Shown: in pieces, positions 19,073 to 28,874 of the stretch
Numbering within the stretch: the first letter of the stretch is position 1
Layout of the letters: each line of letters opens with the position of its first letter
Source: an uncultured Bacilli bacterium
GTDB lineage: Bacteria; Bacillota_I; Bacilli_A; RF39; UBA660
Assembly: GCA_947629235.1 (NCBI GenBank)
Contig: CANRCX010000006.1
Span: 1-62,188, forward strand
Length of the DNA: 62,188 nt
Reading direction: 5' to 3'
The notes under the pieces: generated by a model
What the model saw: only the letters and a program-made list of their open reading frames with translations
Told to the model about the DNA's origin: nothing
The model's database searches: none
Made by a program: the position numbers and the translations under genes

Positions 19073-22000
19073 TTACACCTCGAAATCAAATAAGCTTAAT
19101 TGTGAACTTTCTGGCATACCTTTAAATACACCAAGTGTTCTTAATTTATCTATTAATGTTTGTGATACTTTACATCTATTTTGAAAATCTTCAATACTAA
19201 CAAATGGTTTTTTATGAGCTTCTTCTTCAATATTTTTAGCAACTACTTCACCAAGACCATCAATTGTTACAAAAGGTGGTATTAATGTTTTATCATCTGC
19301 TACATCAAATGTAAGTCCTTTACTCTTATATAAATCAAATGGAGCTATTTTTATACCTCTTGCTGTTGCTTCAAGTGCTACATTTAAACATTCTGATATT
19401 CCTGCTTCTTTATTAGTAGCATCATATCCTTTATTTTTTATTTCAATAAGTCTATCTTTAATAGAATCATATCCTTTAATCATTGATTCTATATCAAAAT
19501 CAGTTGCTTTAGTAGAAAACCATGTTGCATAGAAGTATACTGGCATATGTACTTTATACCATGCTATTCTAAATGCACTAGTAACATATGCAGCAGCATG
19601 TGCTTTTGGAAACATGTATTTTATTTTTTCACAAGAATCAATAAACCAATCTTCAATACCTGCTTCTTTCATTGTATTTTTATGTTCTTCCCATCCTTGT
19701 GGGTCTTTTGATGCTTTTCCTTTACGAACAAATTCCATTATTTTGAATGCTTTTATTGGTGCTACACCATGATACATAAGATATACCATAATATCATCAC
19801 GACACCCAATTACTTCTTTAAATGGAACTATATTTTTCTTAATTAACTCTTGAGCATTTCCAAGCCATACATCAGTACCATGAGAAAGTCCTGATATTTT
19901 TACAAGTTCTGCAAATGTTGTTGGTTTTGTTTCATCTACCATACTAATTGTAAATGGGGTACCAAACTCTGGTATTCCAAGTGTACCAGTTGGACACATT
20001 ATTTGTTCATTTGTGACACCTAATACTTTAGTACTTGAGAATATACTCATTGTATCTTTATCATCAAGTGGAACATCTTCTACATTAGTTTTACTTAAAT
20101 CTTGAATTAATCTTAATTGTGTAGGATCTGAGTGTCCTAAAATATCTAATTTAAGTAAATCTTGTTCTATTGAGTGGTAATCAAAGTGTGTTGTTCTCCA
20201 TGCAGAAGTGTTATCATCTGCAGGATATTGAAATGGTGTAAAATCACTTACTTCCATATAATCTGGTACAACTACTATACCACCAGGGTGTTGACCTGTT
20301 GTTCTTTTAACTCCAGTGCATCCCTTTGCAAGTCTTTCTATTTCACAACTTCTAATATCCGTAATTCCCTTATCTTCAAAATATCCTTTTACAAATCCAT
20401 ATGCTGTTTTATCTGCTACTGTACCAATAGTACCAGCACGATATACATTATCTACACCAAATAATACTTTTGTGTATTCGTGAGCTGATGCTTGATTTAA
20501 ATCTGAAAAGTTAAGATCAATATCTGGTACTTTATCTGCATTAAATCCAAGGAATGTTGCAAATGGCATATCTTGTCCATCTTTTTTCATTAAAGTACCA
20601 CACTCTGGACACTTTTTATCTGGTAAATCAAATCCACTAGAATATGTCTGTCCAAGTGGGTTACCATCTTCATCATTAAATTCACTATGCTTACATTTTT
20701 CACATCTATAATGAGCAGGAAGTGAGTTTACTTCTGTAATACCCATAAGTGTTGCTACAAAACTACTACCAACACTACCTCTTGAACCAACTAAATATCC
20801 ATCATCATTTGAGTGTTTAACTAGTCTTTGAGCTATCAAATAAATTGGATCAAATCCACCACCAATAATTCCACCAAGTTCTTTTTTAATCTTTTTATTT
20901 ATAGATTCTTCTGTTTGTTCTCCATCTTCATCTGTCCATTTTTCAAGTACTACTTCTTTTATTAATTCTTTTACTTTATCAAAACCTTCTATTAAAGTAT
21001 TATGTAAGTTTTCAAAAGTAAGAGTTTCTAAATCACTATCACTTATATCAGGATTTTCTTTTTTTAGTTTATTATGCCAATAATTAAATACAGCATCTCC
21101 ATATAATTCTTTACTAATTCTCTCTTCAATATTATGTGGTAAGGGACTTCCATACATAGAAGATGCTTTTTCATATACAAGATCTGTTACAACTCTTGGG
21201 CAATCTAAATAACTTTTACCATCATCACTTCTAACTCTTGGACTAAATGGAACTCCATGAGTATCAATAATTACTTCTATTTCTTCTACCATATCAAGAA
21301 TTTTATTAGTATTAGTAACTACTATTTCATAAGCAAGGTCTGGATCTAAAAAATTAAAATCTTCAAGCATTTCTTTTGTAGTTCTAAAATGTTGAGATGG
21401 AATATTGGTAATTTCACTTTTAGCTAGTGGATGTCTTCCTCCACCTGGTACTTTTTGATTAACAATAATTTCTCTATATATTTTATCTTCTCTTGTAAAA
21501 TGATGTACATCTCCTGTTGCTACGATTAATTTACCTGCACTCTTAGTTGCATCAATTATCTTTTTAATATAAGTTTTAAGTTCAAATATATTACTAAAAT
21601 CCCCTGTTTGTATTAAATGATCATAAACTTCAGGTGGTTGTACTTCTACATAATCATAGAAGTTAATTATATTTGATAATTCTTCTCCATCTTTACTTCT
21701 TGCTTCTATAAATACTTCACTTTCATAACAACCACTACCAATAATTAATCCTTCTCTTAATTCTTGTAATTTACTTCTTGGAATTCTTGGTGTTTTATGT
21801 AAATAAGTAGTATTTGCAAGAGATATAATTTTAAATAAATTTTTAAGTCCTTTTCTATTTAAAGCAATTGCATTAAAATGATAAGTTCTACCAAATTTAT
21901 ATATTTCATCTTTAGGTACAAGTTTTTCTATATCACTTATTTTTTCATAATTTTGTGATACTAGTTTTTTCATCATTTTATGAAATACTAAAGCAGTACC

Positions 22001-23680
22001 TTCTGCATCATAATCTGCTCTATGGTGAGAATCTTCATCAAACTCTACATCATATCTTTTAACAAGAGCACTTAAACTATGTCTTGCATAACCTTGATCT
22101 AAGCTTCTTGATAATTCTAAAGTATCAATAACTGTATTCTTAAACTCACCTAAATTATATTTCTTCATAGCCATTTCTATAAATGAAATATCAAACTTAG
22201 CATTATGAGCAACCATTGGTGCATCACTTGCCCACTCTAAGAATTTTTTAGTTACTTCTTCTTCATTTTCTTTATCACTTACCATTTCATCACTAATACC
22301 AGTAAGTTCTGTTATTCTATCTGGAATGTGTTTTCCTGGATTTATAAGTTCATCAAACCTATCAGTTATTACTCCTTCTTTTATTTTAACAGCACCAATT
22401 TCAATCATTTGATCTTCATTTGCTGCATTAAAACCAGTAGTTTCTGTATCAAAAACTACATATTCAGTTTTTTCTAAATCTTTATCAGTTGGTCTTATTA
22501 CAATATCAATCATATCTTCAACTAAAGTAAGTTCTGTTCCATATAAACCTTTAAACTTCTTACTTTCATCTTCTTGTTTTTTATTATATCCAGATATAAT
22601 TTGATAAGCAATTGGAAATGCTTGACATCCATTATGATCAGTAATTGCAACACCTCTATATTCCATTTCAATGCATCTTGAAACTAACTCACATGTGTGT
22701 TTTCCAAGATCTACTTTAGTAAGTCCATCCATTTGACTCATCATAGTATGAGCATGCAATTCTACTCTTTTAATTTCAGCATCATCTGTAAGTTTTGATT
22801 CTTTTATATCAACTGTTTCTATATCATTTATTCCATATTCATAATCATTACTTCTTTGATTATATTTAACATTACCTCTAAATTTATACCATTTACCTTC
22901 TTTTATATTAGAAAGTAAATAATCAAATTCTTCTTTTTCTTTTGTAAAAATATTTGCAAGTATACTACTAGTATTATCAGTTATTTTAAGTGTAATTATA
23001 TACCACCCACTTTGAGTAGTCTTAGAGTCTAATCCAAAAACATTAGCAATTAATATTACATTATTTTCATTTGTAATTAAATTCTTAATGTTTGATACAT
23101 CACCCTTTATATTTTTACCTTTTAAAAGTTTAGTTACTTCTTTTGATTCTGGTATAACTTCTTCTTTACTTAAATTATCAATAAATTCTTTTCTTAATTT
23201 TTCATTTATATTAGATGTAACACTTACATTATAAAATCCCATATCAGTTAAAAATATTTCTATTTTTTCTTTTAATGAATCAATTTTATCTTTTTCAACA
23301 TTATTTAATACTTCAAAATTAATATTATTATCATTAAAAGTAATTTTATTTCTATCTATAGCTTCTAACATTGGACAACGTGATAGTAATATATCAAAAT
23401 AATAATTAAAATAGTCTTTAAAATACTCATTATCTATATTATTTATAGTAAATTTATATCTAACTTCACTAGCGCCTTTTAATGTTTTACCTTTAACATA
23501 TAATTCTTCAAATACATTAATTGGTATTAATTTATCTAAATTTAATATTAAAGTCATTCTATTAGTTTCTTTATTAATTCTAACATCTTTTACAACTGCT
23601 TTATCAAAATAGCTAGTAAAATCTTTATTAAAATTTACTGCATTTAAAAACCTTTCAAGCTTACTATCCATTTTTCTCAC
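19073..23680 (-). CDS. polC: DNA polymerase III PolC
   Basis: RVELHAHT PHP, VVFDTETTG exonuclease, GSRGSVGSS, KVPDIDLNFS, YMFPKAHAAAY. Confidence 0.99.
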   Translation of the reverse strand: MRKMDSKLERFLNAVNFNKDFTSYFDKAVVKDVRINKETNRMTLILNLDKLIPINVFEELYVKGKTLKGASEVRYKFTINNIDNEYFKDYFNYYFDILLSRCPMLEAIDRNKITFNDNNINFEVLNNVEKDKIDSLKEKIEIFLTDMGFYNVSVTSNINEKLRKEFIDNLSKEEVIPESKEVTKLLKGKNIKGDVSNIKNLITNENNVILIANVFGLDSKTTQSGWYIITLKITDNTSSILANIFTKEKEEFDYLLSNIKEGKWYKFRGNVKYNQRSNDYEYGINDIETVDIKESKLTDDAEIKRVELHAHTMMSQMDGLTKVDLGKHTCELVSRCIEMEYRGVAITDHNGCQAFPIAYQIISGYNKKQEDESKKFKGLYGTELTLVEDMIDIVIRPTDKDLEKTEYVVFDTETTGFNAANEDQMIEIGAVKIKEGVITDRFDELINPGKHIPDRITELTGISDEMVSDKENEEEVTKKFLEWASDAPMVAHNAKFDISFIEMAMKKYNLGEFKNTVIDTLELSRSLDQGYARHSLSALVKRYDVEFDEDSHHRADYDAEGTALVFHKMMKKLVSQNYEKISDIEKLVPKDEIYKFGRTYHFNAIALNRKGLKNLFKIISLANTTYLHKTPRIPRSKLQELREGLIIGSGCYESEVFIEARSKDGEELSNIINFYDYVEVQPPEVYDHLIQTGDFSNIFELKTYIKKIIDATKSAGKLIVATGDVHHFTREDKIYREIIVNQKVPGGGRHPLAKSEITNIPSQHFRTTKEMLEDFNFLDPDLAYEIVVTNTNKILDMVEEIEVIIDTHGVPFSPRVRSDDGKSYLDCPRVVTDLVYEKASSMYGSPLPHNIEERISKELYGDAVFNYWHNKLKKENPDISDSDLETLTFENLHNTLIEGFDKVKELIKEVVLEKWTDEDGEQTEESINKKIKKELGGIIGGGFDPIYLIAQRLVKHSNDDGYLVGSRGSVGSSFVATLMGITEVNSLPAHYRCEKCKHSEFNDEDGNPLGQTYSSGFDLPDKKCPECGTLMKKDGQDMPFATFLGFNADKVPDIDLNFSDLNQASAHEYTKVLFGVDNVYRAGTIGTVADKTAYGFVKGYFEDKGITDIRSCEIERLAKGCTGVKRTTGQHPGGIVVVPDYMEVSDFTPFQYPADDNTSAWRTTHFDYHSIEQDLLKLDILGHSDPTQLRLIQDLSKTNVEDVPLDDKDTMSIFSSTKVLGVTNEQIMCPTGTLGIPEFGTPFTISMVDETKPTTFAELVKISGLSHGTDVWLGNAQELIKKNIVPFKEVIGCRDDIMVYLMYHGVAPIKAFKIMEFVRKGKASKDPQGWEEHKNTMKEAGIEDWFIDSCEKIKYMFPKAHAAAYVTSAFRIAWYKVHMPVYFYATWFSTKATDFDIESMIKGYDSIKDRLIEIKNKGYDATNKEAGISECLNVALEATARGIKIAPFDLYKSKGLTFDVADDKTLIPPFVTIDGLGEVVAKNIEEEAHKKPFVSIEDFQNRCKVSQTLIDKLRTLGVFKGMPESSQLSLFDFEV

Positions 23681-23723
23681 CTTAAATCAATTATACAAAT
23701 TTAACAAAATTATATCAACAAAA

Positions 23724-24050
23724 TTATTTAATTTTGTCATTAAATTTATCATACATTTTATATAAATATAAAAGAGTATTTTCTAAAAAATAATAATGAA
23801 TTATATAGAATACTAACATTACTAATATTATTATAGTTATCACTAATAATAGGAATAATTTTAATGTAAAAGTAAAGTAAATAAATATTAAACCAAGTAA
23901 TGCAAAAAATAATGTTACTAGTAAATGTATAAGTCTTTCATGTGAAAAGAATTTTATTTTATTTAAAAGTTCTATAATATCTTTTTCAGTTATTTTTCCA
24001 TTTAATTTATTTTCTAAAGTTTCTATGTAATTTTTAATATATTTTTTCAT
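23724..24050 (-). CDS. small two-TM hypothetical protein (HERLIHLLVT family)
   Basis: FFSHERLIHLLVT and HYYFLEN motifs; two TM helices. Confidence 0.7.
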   Translation of the reverse strand: MKKYIKNYIETLENKLNGKITEKDIIELLNKIKFFSHERLIHLLVTLFFALLGLIFIYFTFTLKLFLLLVITIIILVMLVFYIIHYYFLENTLLYLYKMYDKFNDKIK

Positions 24051-24108
24051 TTTATTCACCAATATAATTTTAACATTTAAATATTAAAAAAGAAATAATT
24101 AATTAAAA

Positions 24109-25578
24109 TTATTTCTTATCTTTCATTTGTGGGAATAGTACTACATCTCTTATAGATGGTTGATTAAATATAATCATCATTAATCTATCAATTCCAAATC
24201 CAAGACCACTAATTGGTGGCATTCCTTGTTCCATTGATTGTAAGAATGATTCATCTAAGTCCATAGTTTCATCATCACCTTGTTCTTTTGCTTTTAATTG
24301 ATCTACAAATGCTTGTCTTTGTATAATTGGATCAACTAGTTCTGAATATGCTTTACAAAGTTCAGTACCACAAGCAACTACTTGGAACATATCAACCATT
24401 TTATTATTTTCATCATTTCTTCTTGTAAGAGGCATCATAACAGCAGGATAATTATATATTATAGTTGGTTCTATTATATTTTCTCTTATTTGTCTTTTAT
24501 AAACAAAATCTATTATTTGACTTAAACTCTTATATTCTTCTAAATCTTCATAAGTATAAAGTCCACTATCAACTATTTTAGACTTTAATTCACTTGGTTC
24601 TTCTATTTCTAGAAAATCAAATCCTAATATTTTTTTCATTTCATCACAATAATTAATTCTAGTCCATTTTTCAGCACCAAAATCAAGTGTATGTCCTTGA
24701 TATTCTATTGTAGTAGTACCTACTATTTCTTTTAATAAATTTTTCATAAAGTCTTTATAAAATACAATTGTATCTTCAAAGTTCCAATATGCAACATACC
24801 ACTCTACTTGTGTAAATTCTTGTAAATGTTCTGTATCCATTCCTTCATTTCTAAAGCATTTTGCTAGTTCATATACTCTATCAAATCCACCTGAAATACA
24901 TTGCTTTAAATATGTTTCTGGAGCAATTCTTAAATTACAATCCATATCAAGAGCATTATGATGAGTATAAAATGGTTTAGCACTAGCTCCACTTACTGCA
25001 TTTTGTAATATTGGTGTTTCTACTTCTAAAAATCCATGAGAATTTAAATATTCATGAATAAATGCATATAATTTACTTCTTCCAAGAAATACACGTCTTG
25101 ATTCTTCATTCATAATTAGATCTACATATCTTTGTCTATATTTAAGTTCTGTATCTTGAAGTCCATGGAATTTTTCAGGAAGTGGTCTTAGAGCTTTTCC
25201 TAAAAATGTAAGTTCATGTACTCTTAGAGTTTTCTCTCCTGTTTGTGTTGTAAATATTTCACCCTTTGCACCTACAAAGTCTCCAGTATCTATTTGTTTT
25301 TTAAAGAATTCATAATTTTCTTCACCTACTTCATCTATCTTTACTTCAAGTTGCATATCAGCTTCAATATCACGAATTCTAACAAAGCTAAGTTTACCCA
25401 TTTTTCTCATAAATATAATTCTACCAGCAATACTTACATCACTATGACCATCTTCAAGTTCTCTTGCTTCTTTTAATGTATGAGTTCTTTCATACTTATC
25501 AGGATATGGATTACAATATTCTCTTATTGTATCTAATTTTCCCCTTCTTACTAATTCTTGTTCACTAAGTTCATTCAT
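24109..25578 (-). CDS. lysS: lysyl-tRNA synthetase (class II)
   Basis: LRPLPEKFHGL, YRQRYVDLI, FRNEG, GMPPISGLGFGIDRL. Confidence 0.99.
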   Translation of the reverse strand: MNELSEQELVRRGKLDTIREYCNPYPDKYERTHTLKEARELEDGHSDVSIAGRIIFMRKMGKLSFVRIRDIEADMQLEVKIDEVGEENYEFFKKQIDTGDFVGAKGEIFTTQTGEKTLRVHELTFLGKALRPLPEKFHGLQDTELKYRQRYVDLIMNEESRRVFLGRSKLYAFIHEYLNSHGFLEVETPILQNAVSGASAKPFYTHHNALDMDCNLRIAPETYLKQCISGGFDRVYELAKCFRNEGMDTEHLQEFTQVEWYVAYWNFEDTIVFYKDFMKNLLKEIVGTTTIEYQGHTLDFGAEKWTRINYCDEMKKILGFDFLEIEEPSELKSKIVDSGLYTYEDLEEYKSLSQIIDFVYKRQIRENIIEPTIIYNYPAVMMPLTRRNDENNKMVDMFQVVACGTELCKAYSELVDPIIQRQAFVDQLKAKEQGDDETMDLDESFLQSMEQGMPPISGLGFGIDRLMMIIFNQPSIRDVVLFPQMKDKK

Positions 25579-25580
25579 TT

Positions 25581-26129
25581 TTATTTACTCCTTTTCAATA
25601 TTTCTTTTCTTTCTATATCTATTTCCATTAATTTTTCTATATAAATAACAAATTCATCTAAATATTTATATTTGTTTGTTATGCTATCTTTATTATCATT
25701 ATAAAATTTATAAAATATTTCTAAAGTTGTATCAATTCCATTATATTCTACTAATTTATATGAATCACTAATCAATATTAAATTTGAATGTTTTAAAAAA
25801 TTATATTGATATTGAAATGCTAATTCTTTATATTTTTCTTTTATACTATTATCTTTTTCATACTCTTTTTGATAATTCATTAGTATTTCAAAGTATTCAT
25901 TAGTAGTAAATTTATTTACTTCAAGTAATTTTTTATCAAGTCCTATAGAATAAAGAATTTTTTCTATTGAATCATCTATTTTATCAAATAGACTACTATC
26001 AAATGTTGTAAAATCTCCTTCATTTGTTGTAGATACAGTATTTCTTTCTATTATAGATTTTAAATTATTACTATTAATAGATAAATAAGTATCATTAATA
26101 CTACAATTTTCTATATTTATTGTTTGCAT
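25581..26129 (-). CDS. hypothetical protein between the T-box and lysS
   Basis: AAGGGGA RBS before MQTINIENC at 26129; stop 2 nt before the lysS start. Confidence 0.7.
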   Translation of the reverse strand: MQTINIENCSINDTYLSINSNNLKSIIERNTVSTTNEGDFTTFDSSLFDKIDDSIEKILYSIGLDKKLLEVNKFTTNEYFEILMNYQKEYEKDNSIKEKYKELAFQYQYNFLKHSNLILISDSYKLVEYNGIDTTLEIFYKFYNDNKDSITNKYKYLDEFVIYIEKLMEIDIERKEILKRSK

Positions 26130-26139
26130 AAATTCCCCC

Positions 26140-26348
26140 TTAAAAAAAGAATCTATAAATGTAAGCGTGTATATTAACACTGTACCATCTTACTTCATAG
26201 ATTCATATTTCTATCTTTTATCTTTATAGCAGATTTGCATATAAGTTCTAAGAATATTTTTTTCATTATTTATCTATTATTAGTTTACACCAACCACTAA
26301 CTCTCTATAAAGGAAAATAAATAATTACTTCTTCTTTTCATCACTTAT
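26140..26348 (-). ncRNA. T-box riboswitch (Lys)
   Basis: stem I AGAGAG and GGTG motifs, GAA-AAA specifier region, T-box-like AAGATGGTACAGTG; upstream of lysS. Confidence 0.8.
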
Positions 26349-26354
26349 GAGTAA

Positions 26355-26383
26355 ATTATATTATTTAATTTAATGTTTGTCAA
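26355..26383 (-). promoter_or_regulatory. sigma-A promoter of the T-box/lysS transcript
   Basis: perfect TTGACA-17-TATAAT. Confidence 0.85.
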
Positions 26384-26384
26384 T

Positions 26385-27032
26385 TTATTTTATGCTAAGT
26401 ACTAATTTTTCTATATTCTCTTCATTCATTAATTGTTTAGTTTCAATATCATATATTGGAACATTATAATAATATTCTTTTAATATATCTTCTATTTTTT
26501 TTATTTCTTTAGTTAAAGCTTTAATTCTAGAACTTGGAGTAAAACACATACTATCTCTAAAAAAAGCAATAGTTGGAAATGTAATTTGTTCTAAATACTC
26601 AAGTGGAACTCTATCTTTAACTTGTACTTCATCAGCTAAATCTGAGTATCTTTCTTCTTTAAGACCATATTCTTTCATTTTTACATATGGTCTATCACTA
26701 TTACCAATATAGTCAATTAATATTGGATTTATTACATCTAATTTATCTTTTGAAAATGATAATGAAAGATTATGTACAATATACTGATAATATGAATTAT
26801 ATTTACCTATATCACTAGGTACACCTTCTATAAAACAATTTCTTTTTTCATAATCACATAAAGAAATATAATCAAATCCAGAGAAATTTGTACTATAACT
26901 TATACCTTGATTTCTAACTGATAATAATGCTCCTGATTTTAATATCTTAGCTAATACTTTTAATTGAACTTTTGGATTATAATCTCTAAATCCATAGTTA
27001 TTAATACCATGCATATATACTTTTTCATTCAT
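26385..27032 (-). CDS. putative ADP-ribosyltransferase-fold protein (DarT-like)
   Basis: YMHG...LAKILKSGALLS, YISL, DEVQVKDRVPLEYLEQI resemble DarT/DUF4433 motifs. Confidence 0.5.
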   Translation of the reverse strand: MNEKVYMHGINNYGFRDYNPKVQLKVLAKILKSGALLSVRNQGISYSTNFSGFDYISLCDYEKRNCFIEGVPSDIGKYNSYYQYIVHNLSLSFSKDKLDVINPILIDYIGNSDRPYVKMKEYGLKEERYSDLADEVQVKDRVPLEYLEQITFPTIAFFRDSMCFTPSSRIKALTKEIKKIEDILKEYYYNVPIYDIETKQLMNEENIEKLVLSIK

Positions 27033-27054
27033 AATAAGTCCCCCTTTTATTCTT

Positions 27055-27627
27055 TTATGAATTTTTTATTTTTTTAATATAATTATTTACTTTTTTATAC
27101 CAAGTTTTATCTTGTGCATAATATGGATTAATCATTTCAGCAGTTGTATATCCTTTTTGATAATATGTATTAAGTTTATCAATAGCAAATTTAATACCAT
27201 CTTCTATCGTAGCAAATTTTCTATAACTACCACCAGCACATCCTGGATTACCCTTATTACCGGCTACATTATTACAAACTCTAGTAAGATAACTACAAGT
27301 CCATGCACATCCACTTTCTTGTAGCATAACTGCAGTAGCTAAATATGGATCAAGCCCTACTTTTAATGAATAATCTACTATAAACTTACCTTTATTTTTC
27401 ATTGTTGAATTTAAATTCTTATTTATTTTATCAATAATTACTGTATCAAGTTCTCCATTAAATGTATGTTCTTTAATATAATTTTTATATTCAATATATT
27501 CTTTATTTTCTTTTTCAATATTATTAATACTAATTTCTATTTGATTATCTAAGTAATTATGATTTACTTCTATATTTTCATCAAACAATGCTGTATATAA
27601 ACTCATAATTAATATAAATTTTATCAT
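27055..27627 (-). CDS. secreted lysozyme-fold glucosaminidase (GH73-like)
   Basis: LATAVMLQESG catalytic Glu, NNVAG, FATIEDGI, PYYAQDKTWYKKV. Confidence 0.75.
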   Translation of the reverse strand: MIKFILIMSLYTALFDENIEVNHNYLDNQIEISINNIEKENKEYIEYKNYIKEHTFNGELDTVIIDKINKNLNSTMKNKGKFIVDYSLKVGLDPYLATAVMLQESGCAWTCSYLTRVCNNVAGNKGNPGCAGGSYRKFATIEDGIKFAIDKLNTYYQKGYTTAEMINPYYAQDKTWYKKVNNYIKKIKNS

Positions 27628-27732
27628 TTTTTATCTTGTCTCCTATTTTAGTGAAAGCATTAATATTATACCACATTTGTTAAAAAATATCAAATTATTT
27701 CATATAAAACATCTAAAATAAGAAAATATATA

Positions 27733-28488
27733 TTATTTTAAAGTACGAATCATTGGCTTTTCTAAATCATAATAATGTTTAACAATATATCTTATACTAG
27801 GATCTAATTTATTAATATTAATACTAGTTCTTTTTTGTAATCCTTCATTATAAAATTCAATATATTCATATAATTCTCTATCAACATTATTCTTTCTAAT
27901 AAATGATGTATTTAATTCATCACTATTTGATAATGTTACAGCAGTATTATCCATATGATTTAGATTAATATCACATTTTACAAATCTATCATCTATAGTA
28001 ATTTTTTTACCCCTATTAAACCAATTAACATCTTTATTAGCAAGTAATGGATATTCACTTACAAATCTAGATAATGTATCTAAATATTTATCTAATGTTT
28101 TTCTATGATACTTATAAAATTTATTTGATTCTAAATTTTCTTCTTTAGTTTCTTCTGATAAAAATAATAAATCATTATTTTCTTTAAATGCTACTTTTAA
28201 AAATGGATAATTTATTAAATATTTAAATGATCCAAAATCATAATTCATAGATTTTACTTCTTGTAAATCTGCTCCAAATAAATTATAAACTTTTGATTTC
28301 ATATTAATTTTATTAATATCATTTTGTAAGTCATTATTATATATTTCTTTATATTCTGAAGTATGAGTTTTTAATATTTCTATTAAGTCATATAAACTTA
28401 TAGTATCATTAGAAGACACAACTTCATTTTTATTTAACCTTTCTAATATTTTTTTCTTTAATCTTGAATATTCTAACTCTTTATTCAT
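27733..28488 (-). CDS. hypothetical protein (C-terminus PMIRTLK)
   Basis: AAGGAG RBS; TTGATA-17-TATAAT promoter with TG extension. Confidence 0.7.
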   Translation of the reverse strand: MNKELEYSRLKKKILERLNKNEVVSSNDTISLYDLIEILKTHTSEYKEIYNNDLQNDINKINMKSKVYNLFGADLQEVKSMNYDFGSFKYLINYPFLKVAFKENNDLLFLSEETKEENLESNKFYKYHRKTLDKYLDTLSRFVSEYPLLANKDVNWFNRGKKITIDDRFVKCDINLNHMDNTAVTLSNSDELNTSFIRKNNVDRELYEYIEFYNEGLQKRTSININKLDPSIRYIVKHYYDLEKPMIRTLK

Positions 28489-28565
28489 ATATATTCTCCT
28501 TTTTATGGCTTTATATTATATCATAAATTCAATTTTTTATCAATATTATAAACTTTATAAACTTA

Positions 28566-28587
28566 AAAAGCTAACAAATGTTAGCTT
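28566..28587 (-). terminator. terminator of the peptide/PCAT operon
   Basis: AAGCTAACA-AA-TGTTAGCTT hairpin with a T-tract on the minus strand. Confidence 0.6.
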
Positions 28588-28747
28588 ATACTTCACATAA
28601 TTCGCCTTCTTCTGTTCTTCTAATAATACTTCCAAGAGTTCTACCTAGTTCGTATATAGTATTTATACCCCTTACAATAGCATTTAATAGCGTTGCACTT
28701 ACTCCACTACTACCTGCATAAATACTTATTAACTCTTTATTATTCAT
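28586..28747 (-). CDS. double-glycine-type leader peptide 2 (bacteriocin-like)
   Basis: MNNKELISIYAG leader, then amphipathic SATLLNAIVRGINTIYELGRTLGSIIRR; start overlaps the stop of peptide 1. Confidence 0.75.
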   Translation of the reverse strand: MNNKELISIYAGSSGVSATLLNAIVRGINTIYELGRTLGSIIRRTEEGELCEV

Positions 28748-28874
28748 CACAGCTTTCTGGTCTATAATATCCATCAATTACACCTATTATAAATACGATT
28801 ATTCCAATTATTACTCCACCAACTATCATATTAGAGCCACCATAAATATTTAATAATTCACTTTTTTCAATCAT
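28740..28874 (-). CDS. double-glycine leader peptide 1 (44 aa, not in ORF track)
   Basis: MIEKSELLNIYGG|SNMIVGGVIIGIIVFIIGVIDGYYRPESCDE; GAAAGGAG RBS; overlaps the PCAT stop. Confidence 0.8.
   Translation of the reverse strand: MIEKSELLNIYGGSNMIVGGVIIGIIVFIIGVIDGYYRPESCDE

Noticed and set aside
20880..21110. PolC insert as an intein
   Set aside because: No Cys/Ser start, no His-Asn end, and too short.
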